From assembly GCA_043228905.1 (NCBI GenBank), contig JBHGNT010001267.1:1-10537 (forward strand): a stretch of DNA of 10,537 bases, read 5' to 3'. Shown piece by piece: positions 1 through 8,007 of this stretch. The notes under the pieces were generated by a model. It was not told the origin of the DNA. It was given only the letters and a program-made list of their open reading frames with translations, and did no database searches. The DNA is from Azolla caroliniana. Lineage: Eukaryota; Plantae; Polypodiophyta. The first letter of the stretch is position 1. Each line of letters starts with the position of its first letter. Made by a program: the position numbers and the translations under genes.

Positions 1-102
1 GTCAAAGTTTTTTTGATCGGCAACATGTATCACAACTATGAACATAATCCGTAACAAAATGGCGAAATCGTGGTTCCATTCATCAAATCAAGTTAATAGA
101 TT

Positions 103-366
103 TTTTTTTCACAAGTTGAGCTTAGCACATCTACATGTCATCGAGTCCTAGCCTCTGCCCTCCTAGATTTCGGAGCCAACTCTTGTTTAATGGGTCATGA
201 GTTTGCATTGACACAAAACATCCTCTTGAATAAGCTCTTGAACCCAGTAGCCGTAGGAGTCATTCATGGCTGCCCTATAGCATCAGGTGATGTAGTCGAA
301 GAGTTTGAGCCAATTCGTGTAGTTCTTGGTGATTTGGCAAGCATAATGTCTTTAAATGTTATTCGA
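103..366 (+). pseudogene. Ty3/gypsy retrotransposon aspartic protease remnant
   Basis: Reading upstream of the 190..408 ORF in the same frame gives LASALLDFGANSCLMGHEFALTQNILLNKLLNPVAVGVIHGCPIASGDVVEEFEPIRVVLGD. This matches the retropepsin pattern ALLDSGAxxxF...VIDG (D at 166-168; DSG is now DFG). Similarity stops at ~366, where an A/G-rich tract begins. Confidence 0.8.
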
Positions 367-438
367 GGAGAGGGAAAAAGAAAGAAGAAAAAGAAGAAAG
401 CTTGCTAGGATTCTTGGATTCAGAGGAAGAAAAGAAAG

Positions 439-449
439 ATTCGGTTCAA
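439..449 (-). promoter_or_regulatory. Self-priming primer-binding site (Tf1-type)
   Basis: Plus 439-449 ATTCGGTTCAA is the exact reverse complement of 594-604 TTGAACCGAAT. It lies 2 nt outside the LTR terminus, and its partner begins ~25-33 nt downstream of the minus-strand TATA. Confidence 0.7.
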
Positions 450-648
450 ACTGTCATGACTTGTGACCTAGAGAGAGAACAAGGGTTACAGAAGTAGGAA
501 AGATTCATGTAGTCGAAGATTGGAAATGGAAATGAGTTTATATTATAAGAGAACAAGGGTTACATAAGTAAGCTAAGGGGCTAAAGACTAGTGTTGAACC
601 GAATGAGTTGTGTTGAATGAATAAACGCCTATATTATGGGTCCTTATG

Positions 649-734
649 GAGTATTCTAGAATGTTCTAGAATACTTTAGATATTCATGATATTTAAGATA
701 ATCATGGAATATTCTAGAATGTTCTAGAATACTC
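649..734. promoter_or_regulatory. Two heat-shock element (nGAAn) arrays in LTR U3
   Basis: TTCtaGAAtgTTCtaGAA at 654-671 (4 perfect alternating units) and GAAtaTTCtaGAAtgTTCtaGAA at 707-729 (5 perfect units). Confidence 0.75.
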
Positions 735-782
735 TAAATATCTTGTAATAACTAATAATATAATTATTATAACTATACATCA

Positions 783-853
783 TATATGTTATTATAATGC
801 TTAAAGGTTTAACATATAGACCATGAAGTTATGGGTTCGAATCCTTGTAAGCT
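783..853 (+). other. Degenerate tRNA-derived module (B-box intact) inside LTR
   Basis: Perfect B-box GGTTCGAATCC at 834-844 and decayed A-box TATTATAATGC at 790-800, at tRNA spacing. Stems do not pair, so this is not a functional tRNA. Confidence 0.55.
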
Positions 854-1021
854 AAAATGTATGTATACCTTCATAATAGATGGTACTTGTGTCTGCCCAC
901 TATCAGGGCTTGTAGAAAGATTATTATCTGAGTACAATTTTATGTACAACGGATTATTATTTTGAATTGTTTTTTTTATGTTTTGTTCTCTCTATCTCTC
1001 CCGCTCATGCTCTATGTGTAG

Positions 1022-1239
1022 AACCTTTGTGTTTAACTAATTGCCTTGTGGTGTCCGATGTGTCTATTGTTCATAAGCTTCCGGATACGAAACTCTTTAC
1101 AACTGGCTATAATTTTTACGAGGATTCTTGGAGCTTGAAGAAGAAGCATGATCTCAAATGATATGTTTCAATACATCTTGAGAAAATTCGTCAAAAATGA
1201 TGTTGGTTCGGATGGAATGAAGAAACCTCGAATATTCAG
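1022..1239 (+). pseudogene. Possible isolated, frameshifted exon fragment of unknown origin (weakly Ulp1-peptidase-like)
   Basis: Pyrimidine tract plus TAG acceptor ending at 1021, and a CAG|GTGCGT donor at 1239/1240. Joining two frames gives FYEDSWSLKKK/SMISNDMFQYILRKFVKNDVGSDGMKKPRIF. Confidence 0.3.
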
Positions 1240-1289
1240 GTGCGTTGGAGACATTAATAATTAATAGTCATAACTAATCTGGCCCCAAA

Positions 1290-2492
1290 ATGTGGGCTCT
1301 CCTAGTCATGGTGCGAAATAAGATCGTCGTGATAGAGCATCTTTCATTCCTTGTTGTACTCTTGGGCGATATGTGATGATAAAGTCAACATGCGTCAGAA
1401 ATTGCACCCAGTGAGCTTGGCGTTGACTCAAGACTCTTAACATTTTGAAAGTATGTGAGGTTTTTATGATCATTGTAAACAATGATTTGGTAGGGAGAAC
1501 CTTCTAAAGGATGTCTCCATTGTTCGAACGAGTTTATAATGGCAGAAGCTCTTTGTCATGAATTTCATAATTGATCTTTGTGGCTTCAAATTTATGTGAA
1601 TGGACAACAATTAGATGTAGCTTCCAATCATCTCCTATCTGTGACAAGGTACTTCCTAATGCAAAACCAGATGCATCTACCTCGATGATGAAGGGTTTTT
1701 CTAGGCCAGCTTGAAGTAGAATAATAGCAGAAATGAATGGCTCTCTTTTGGTTTTCAAAAGCCTTGGCCACCCTAGAACTCCATGTGAACGATTTGTTCT
1801 TTAGTGTAATCACAATGTTCGAATAATTCATGATAAATTTGCAACAAAAATTCGCAAATCCTAAGAAAAATTGAACATCACACATTGAACGAGGTGTTTG
1901 CCTGCTTAGAATTATTTGAACATTGAATGGATCCATAGATAAACAATAGGCGAATTTGTGAGACCAAAAGGTATAATTGTGTACTTGAAATTTCCATTTT
2001 GAGTGCAGAATGTTGTCTTCTATTGATCGCCTAGAAGTATCTGAACAAGGTTATAAGTGCCTCGAAGGTTTAACTTCATGAAAAGTTTGTCTCCACTAAG
2101 ACGCTCCAATAAACTCGATATCAAGGGTAGCTCGCCTATGTGTTTCAAACTGTGATTTCGTTTAAACCTCGATAGTCCACGACCATTCATAGAGACCCAT
2201 CTTTCTTCTTGATGAAGACAATGGTTGCACCAACAGGGCTTTTAGAATGTCAAATGAATCCATTTGGCAAGTGCTCGTCTATATACGCTCGAAGGGCCTT
2301 GAGCTCGGAAGGTGATAGATTATATATTGGCCCCCATGGTGGCTCTTTCCCAAGTTGTAAATCGATATGAAAATCATAAGGGCGATGGTTTGGGTGACTA
2401 CCGTCTTCGAATTCCAGGTACTCAGTAGGGAGGAGGGTCTTCAACCCTTGTGAACTAGAGGATGGAGTTGTCGTCACTACAAAGACAAACAT
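1290..2492 (-). mobile_element. Decayed Ty3/gypsy pol fragment (RT N-terminus, connection, RNase H), Tf2/Tcn1-like
   Basis: Motifs HRPYDFHIDLQLGKEPPWGPIYNLS, KKKDGSL*MVVDYRGLN, LPLISSLLERL, PFGLTNSP, DVQFFLGFANF, PFIIEVDASGFALGSTLSQ, NYEIHDKELL, DHKNLTYF and DALSRR (1341-1324). Many stops and frameshifts; no integrase seen. Confidence 0.93.
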
Positions 2493-2900
2493 TTCCCTTT
2501 TTTCTCTTTTTCTCGTAATCTTTGTAGAGAGATGGTCGAGATTTGGTGAGGTTTTGAATCTCGATTGGTAGCAACAAGGAAGTTGGATTAAGGTTTTTGT
2601 TGGAAATAATTGATTGCTCACTTTTTCCAATCAATTTCAAGATCAATTTCAAGTTCAAACAAAGGACAATCAAATGCTCAAGTCGTACCTTTGGTTTTTG
2701 CAAGGATTGCACGTGCTTAGCTAACAAGTGCCATAGCCATTTTGTCTTTATCGCACTTTGTACTACCCCCACCCCACTCCCTAAAAAGATTTTCGAATTT
2801 GTTTTTTTGTTAATTTTTATTACTAATACTATGAAAAGTGGACATGTTTTTTTTGCCAAAAACAATACTTTTTTGGTACACTGTAGCGTGCTTTCACCTT

Positions 2901-3330
2901 AGGGGGATGTCAAGTATCAGACACTTGGCACACTGGTTGCAGAGATTGGAGCACCAAAGAAGGACAATGAGCTCAACTAACCATAAGAAACGGGGGATAG
3001 AACAAACTAAATAGGAAGCAATATAATCCAATGGGCAACCTAGTGTGAAAAGGAAACACTTACCTTATAAAATGCCACCTTTTGGTGTCTTTTATAGTTC
3101 TCCAATCTTGGGTTTTCTCCTTCCATTAGTGTATTAAAGCTCCTCTTCTATCCCCTTAAGCAATTAGGGCTAGGAGAGATTAGGTTTAAGAGCACTAATC
3201 TCCTATTCTTGTATATTGTTAAACCTCTTCATAATAAGAAGTGGTGTTTAATAATATATCTTCTTGTCCTTTACATTCTTCTCTATGTGTAAGAGAGAGA
3301 GAGAGAGAGAGAGAGATTAAGTGTTAATAA
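2901..3330 (+). mobile_element. Possible PPT plus start of an LTR (3' end not located; end coordinate arbitrary)
   Basis: Short purine run AGGGGGA (2901-2907) directly followed by TGTCAAG (2908). TATA-like TTATAAAA near 3065. (GA)12 downstream. Confidence 0.35.
3293..3316. repeat. (GA)12 microsatellite
   Basis: Read directly from sequence. Confidence 0.95.
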
Positions 3331-3862
3331 ACAAAGCCATGCAAACTAGTAGCTCTGAGGTGCAAGCTAATAGGTCAGAGGTACACAGAAATGACACAAT
3401 GTGAAGACACTTAGAATGTTATATTTAGTGTTGGTTTACTTTGCTTCATAGTTGCTTAAGTATTAATATTCTTTGTAGCTTTATCATTGTATAATCATCA
3501 CTCATTTTGTTAGTCTACTATGTCTTTTGTAACCCTGCATATTTCCCATATCTCTCACAAACATATTCGCATAAGTTAAATCACTTATCTCCAAAAGTTT
3601 GCCATCCTAAAGCACCATTAACATGTCATTGACCCAATACTTCCACTTCTTGACCCTATCTACCTCATTTTCATAAGTACAAATGAACCTTTGCTAAATT
3701 TTTGTGACCCTATCTACTATACAAATTCTTTAACTATGTTGTATGTTTTAGGGTTAGGGTTAATGGTAATGATGATTATCGATAAAGATAGACATGGTGG
3801 TTATGATGATGATGGAGAGTATGGGATTGATGGCGAGAGAGATCATGTGCATTGAGAAGCAT

Positions 3863-3952
3863 TGCGGGGTGGGGGGTGGTGCCTAGAATGGCTCCACCCC
3901 CCTCCCAAGGGGATTCAACGTTGAGGGGGAGAGAGAAGAAGAGAGATGACAA

Positions 3953-3983
<31 letters not shown>

Positions 3984-4252
3984 ATGATTATTTATTCATT
4001 CATTCCCCATAAGGGGTTAAATAGTACCAGAGGGGGTAGATACAAAGGGGTGTAAGCCCCCTAGAGCATTCATACTGGACACTCACTCACACCTCCTCGT
4101 ATCCATCCACATGCACACACGTGTGCATGTGTTCACATACGTATCGACTCACAATAACATTTATGCCCCCTACACAAACACAACAATCATCATGATAACA
4201 TTTGACCCTCGCTCATCACATTGACTCTCCGTACATCTCGTACGGGGTAACA
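3863..4252 (-). mobile_element. Probable solo LTR
   Basis: GC-richer island bounded by TG (3863) and TAACA (4252). On minus, TATA-like TATTTAA near 4023-4017 is followed by AATAAA near 3996-3991 and a (CT)n tract. No target-site duplication found. Confidence 0.4.
3953..3978. repeat. (AG)13 microsatellite
   Basis: Read directly from sequence. Confidence 0.95.
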
Positions 4253-5021
4253 AACTACATTTATGACACTTATGAACATTCCACATACTTTTATTGCAAA
4301 ATATCTCTAGATTTTTTTTACAAATTTTGGATTGCATGCACAAGATTTTATTCGCTCTAGACTCATGGGTATATCATGTCATATCACAATATCAATAGAA
4401 ATCAACTTACGCATATTGAGTGGCATTCTTTTTTGAAATAGAAAGCGTTGCAGGCGTTACCTTGATTGACAAGATATATCACAAAATTATTTAGGTATAT
4501 GCTATTATAATAATATTTCATGACTAACCAATTGTCTCAAATTTTGTGCTTTACACTCCAAAGCAACAACACATATAGTGCAAATATGAAGATTTAATCT
4601 TACATTTAAGGTTTCTGAGATACATGTGTGTGCAGAAAGAGACAAAAAGAGAAAGAGAGATTTTGTTCTAGTTTCAGAGATCAAATATGAGCGAGAATGC
4701 CAAAAAAGAAACCTGTTCTATAATATTACAAAAGGGTGTAATTGACCGTGCACATATTAGTCACCCTAATAAGGTGTGTGACCTGAAGCACACTAATTTT
4801 CAAAATTTAAGGGCTATTCGATGAGATTTCTAAAAACAAATCAACACATCAAGATTAGTAAGCTCTAGGTATGACTAAAAAGATAATGCACAAACACGCC
4901 TAAAATTTGTGCTCATGGAAAGTATGCACAAACTCGAGCTATAGGTAAGTTGTATACAAACACTTCACAGTCTTGTTGATTCAAAACGAGAATATAACAC
5001 CCATAAGCACACCCATGCCCC

Positions 5022-7175
5022 TTATTCTTTTTTCCCTTGTTCCCAAGGCCATCTCGAATAAATCCACCACAACATGTTCGACAAAGAGTTGCCATCATCA
5101 TGTGCCGATAAAGCCTTCACATTTGTCAAGGCTGCTTCCGGTGCATAGAGTGCTTGCAATGCATACACAAAACCTTTCCAAGCGTCTCCTACACCAGGCC
5201 TCTTAAGAGATGGTCGTGCCCACTTGACAAGCTCTATTACAAATCTAACATCCTGAAAGAGAAATTCGGTAATGGGAAGGATGGGCAAGACTTGGACGCC
5301 GACCCGTGTTTCCCTCCACTCCGATGGTGCAAACCAAAGTCCCGTGTCCCTTTTATTAGCCCATAACACTCCAACGATCCGATGTGATGAAACAAAGCTT
5401 TGTTCATAGAGCGTGCTATCGGATGGTATATGCCAAAGAGCGCGAGCAGCCCGAATCTCAAAGGCCATGAGTGTAAGTCCTGCATTGGCTAGATTGTTAT
5501 CTTCGAGGGCTAGCCCTAGAAGGGCCGCCGAATAGTACGCATTCACAGCTTCACCCGTATTCTCTTGGTTTCGGCCATGGGGGAATTCAGTTAAACCACC
5601 TCCCCATGAATGGAGCACCCAAAAGTCGAAATTCCGAAACCTTGGGAAAAGAGGCTTACTTCTAGAAACCATCGTACTATGTTGACCGTGACCGTGACCG
5701 TGACCGTGACCATGACCATGACCATGACCATAGGAAGTCATGTAATCCTCTACCATTGTATAGAGATGGGCCTTGTATGCCATTCCCCATTGAGGATCTA
5801 GTTTTGCTAGAACCGCCCCAGCATAACAGAAATATCCCAAATGGTAGTGATGATCATTGTATAATCCAAAACCATGATCTGTCTCGCCGTTTTTGGAACC
5901 ATTCCTGCTTGTCAATCCACCCCACTTGGAATCATACAGAAAAGCATTGGCATCAAATTTCCCATCCATCCATGGCGTAAGAGAATCTTTAAGGAAATGT
6001 CTGATCGTTTTCAAAAGATGGAGAGCTCCTACCTCTTCGGCTATTATGGGCATTCTCGCAGCACGGGCTACAGCTTTTCCATACAGGTATGTACTGTCGG
6101 TAGTTATCTTCTTCAATTCACTTACCTCCTTCCTAAGGGTTTCAGCAACAGAATTCTGGTGAGCATGTTCAGATATGCCTTTGGATGAATACCATCCCAC
6201 GGATATGGGGGCCTCATTCAGCCCCCAAGAATCACCCACAACCGCATGCATATCTCCATCCATGCTCTTGTATACAAGACCTCGAAGTGTGCAGTCAGAA
6301 GATGATGGAGATGGTGAAGACATGATCTCTCTATGCATGGGTAGGCTAAGCATCAACAGCTCCCCCTGACCACATTTCTTCCATTCATACGTTAACTGAA
6401 ACGAGGCAGACATGGTGGCATGCCCCTGGATGGGATAGGCTGCTGAACTGAATCGGTCCAAAACGGCTTCGGAACTGGTATCACTTGGGGGAGCAAAAGC
6501 CACTCTTATGAACCCTTTGAAAGCTCGAGTCACGCGAAGGTTTTGTGACAATGCAAGCGGCTCAGAGCTATAAAGAAGCCATGTCTGTCCATTCTTGAAG
6601 ACGACCCTGTGCTTGGTGCAATCTCCATTGGGCAGAAGCTTCTGCAGAGTATGTGTGGTGGAGAATTGAAGGATGGAGGAATAGCTGAAAATGAAGGTAA
6701 TGTAGGGGCATCCCCTCACCAAGGGGACAGTCATGGCAGCAGATGGGAATTGAAGAGTAACACTGAGATCATCAAAGTGTGAAACCACATGCTTACTATC
6801 ACTGATGAGATTGGGGACAGTAGCACCTATGAATCCAAGACAAGCAACGAGGCCATCAAAAAAGCGTGATATAACCGTGGGATCTTCATGCTTATTATCA
6901 CGGCTTGCTCTGATCGTGAGGTCCGGGACAAACTCTTGATAAATGTAGTTAGGTTGGACGACCCGAGAGGGGTAAGAGATGGAGAGGGCACCACCATCTT
7001 TGGTGGGCTTGATGAGATATGGGTGGATGTATTCTGGAGCCGATCCTTGGTTTAATATAAAGTTTTGCCAGAAAGCGTTTGTGGGCAGCGGTTTTTTACG
7101 AAGAGCAGGTGCTAAAAGATGATGAGAAGGTGCAGCAGGGCTATCTGTAGTTGGAAAAGGTTGGGGAATCAACAT
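5022..7175 (-). CDS. Glycoside hydrolase family 81 endo-1,3(4)-beta-glucanase / beta-glucan-binding protein, 717 aa, intronless
   Basis: Uninterrupted ORF with GH81 motifs LPTNAFWQNF, PEYIHPY, PLVRGCPYITF, FLYDSKWGG, GFGLYNDHHYHLGYF, FPRFRNFDFWVLHSWGGGL, GRNQENTGEAVNAYY, GVLWANKRD and DDGNSLSN. No N-terminal signal peptide evident. Confidence 0.97.
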   Translation of the reverse strand: MLIPQPFPTTDSPAAPSHHLLAPALRKKPLPTNAFWQNFILNQGSAPEYIHPYLIKPTKDGGALSISYPSRVVQPNYIYQEFVPDLTIRASRDNKHEDPTVISRFFDGLVACLGFIGATVPNLISDSKHVVSHFDDLSVTLQFPSAAMTVPLVRGCPYITFIFSYSSILQFSTTHTLQKLLPNGDCTKHRVVFKNGQTWLLYSSEPLALSQNLRVTRAFKGFIRVAFAPPSDTSSEAVLDRFSSAAYPIQGHATMSASFQLTYEWKKCGQGELLMLSLPMHREIMSSPSPSSSDCTLRGLVYKSMDGDMHAVVGDSWGLNEAPISVGWYSSKGISEHAHQNSVAETLRKEVSELKKITTDSTYLYGKAVARAARMPIIAEEVGALHLLKTIRHFLKDSLTPWMDGKFDANAFLYDSKWGGLTSRNGSKNGETDHGFGLYNDHHYHLGYFCYAGAVLAKLDPQWGMAYKAHLYTMVEDYMTSYGHGHGHGHGHGHGHGQHSTMVSRSKPLFPRFRNFDFWVLHSWGGGLTEFPHGRNQENTGEAVNAYYSAALLGLALEDNNLANAGLTLMAFEIRAARALWHIPSDSTLYEQSFVSSHRIVGVLWANKRDTGLWFAPSEWRETRVGVQVLPILPITEFLFQDVRFVIELVKWARPSLKRPGVGDAWKGFVYALQALYAPEAALTNVKALSAHDDGNSLSNMLWWIYSRWPWEQGKKE
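5683..5730 (-). repeat. Coding hexamer repeat encoding (Gly-His)7-Gly
   Basis: (TGACCG)4(TGACCA)4 on plus; translates on minus as YGHGHGHGHGHGHGHGQH. Confidence 0.95.
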
Positions 7176-7186
7176 ATTGTTTAACC

Positions 7187-7240
7187 ACTACTACTACTAT
7201 TACTACTACTATTACTACTACTACATACTACTACTACTAC
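7187..7240. repeat. Imperfect (CTA)n microsatellite just upstream of the GH81 start codon
   Basis: Read directly; begins 12 nt upstream of the ATG at 7175. Confidence 0.9.
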
Positions 7241-7288
7241 CGCAAATGTTTGTCTGTCAGCTAAGAATAGATGTAATTAATAATAATC

Positions 7289-7312
7289 GAGAGAGAGAGA
7301 GAGAGAGAGAGA
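7289..7312. repeat. (GA)12 microsatellite in the GH81 5' region
   Basis: Read directly from sequence. Confidence 0.95.
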
Positions 7313-7430
7313 CTGTAGACTCGCCGCCCCACTCCCTCCCTCCCTTCCTTTAAATTAATTAAGATCATGCAATATTTTTTTTTATAAAACTTCCAAACTC
7401 TTTAATTTTGGCCTCATTCGATGGATCATG

Positions 7431-7461
7431 ATAATAAATAATAATAATAATAATAATAATA
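7431..7461. repeat. (ATA)n microsatellite
   Basis: Read directly from sequence. Confidence 0.9.
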
Positions 7462-7949
7462 TGGTTCTTCAAAAATGCCTCATCCATACCTCCACCTGCT
7501 TTGCTATGAAGATCAAAATAAGGTCCAACAACAAATGACCCTAGTACATAAAGAAAGAGCTCTCAATCGAATTTGCCCAACTAACAAAGACTTCCCAACA
7601 TGAGGATGAGAACTGGCTAAAGAGCAAGCACGTCAAAGCACTCAAGATGCTACGGACCCAACTAGACGCAGTTATGGACGAGCTCGCCAACACAATGCAC
7701 AAACTCACTCGAGTTGGAGCCCACGTCAAGGCACTTCAAGCTGATGTCAACGAACTTAAAGCAAAATGGTATCCTGCAAACGCTTATGCGTATGCTACAT
7801 GAGCAGAACCGCGGGGGTCTTGGACCAGGGATGACGCGAAGATTAGGACGACACAAACATCAATCAATTTGGAAGAAATAAGGACTTCAACGTTTCGGAG
7901 GGCTCCATGGCTCCCAATTATCGAAAGCTCAGAGGACTCGAAGGCGTGA
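7461..7949 (+). pseudogene. Decayed ORF with coiled-coil character, function unknown
   Basis: One frame from ATG 7461 to TGA 7947-7949, broken by stops at 7536, 7542 and 7800. The 85-codon open stretch includes LKMLRTQLDAVMDELANTMHKLTRVGAHVKALQADVNELKAK. Confidence 0.4.
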
Positions 7950-7968
7950 AGGCTACTATGACTCGAAA

Positions 7969-8007
7969 GTGAGAGCCGAGTATCCTAACCAACTAGACTA
8001 TAATGAA
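7969..8007 (-). pseudogene. 5' half of tRNA-Glu(CTC), 39 nt
   Basis: Minus strand reads TTCATTATAGTCTAGTTGGTTAGGATACTCGGCTCTCAC. The plant cytosolic tRNA-Glu(CTC) as I recall it begins TCCGTTGTAGTCTAGCTGGTTAGGATACTCGGCTCTCAC. The differences are 4 transitions; the 3' half is not intact. Confidence 0.85.

Larger units (their letters stand above)
452..878 (-). mobile_element. LTR of a gypsy-type retrotransposon (5' LTR; internal region runs leftward and is truncated near 366)
   Basis: Left terminus TGTCATGA at 452. A degenerate inverted copy TCATAATA (expected TCATGACA) at 871-878 gives an uncertain right end. TATA-like ATAATATAG on minus at 637-629. PBS-like 11-mer next to the left end. Internal 17-bp direct repeat AGAGAACAAGGGTTACA at 474-490 and 548-564. 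Confidence 0.7.

Noticed and set aside
452-2492. Treating the 452-878 LTR as the 3' LTR of the 1290-2492 pol fragment
   Set aside because: No PPT precedes the LTR, no integrase lies between them, and the LTR is followed by a PBS-like site, which marks it as a 5' LTR.
2455-2902. 136-aa and 101-aa overlapping ORFs
   Set aside because: Low-complexity K/F/L-rich translations of AT-rich DNA with no recognisable domain.
3747-3762. Telomere-like TTTAGGGTTAGGGTTA
   Set aside because: Only two units; could be chance or a telo-box.
3852-4055. 67-aa ORF with RE repeats
   Set aside because: Translation of an (AG)n microsatellite.
4913-6369. Short ORFs overlapping GH81 on either strand
   Set aside because: Alternative-frame or antisense by-products of the real CDS.
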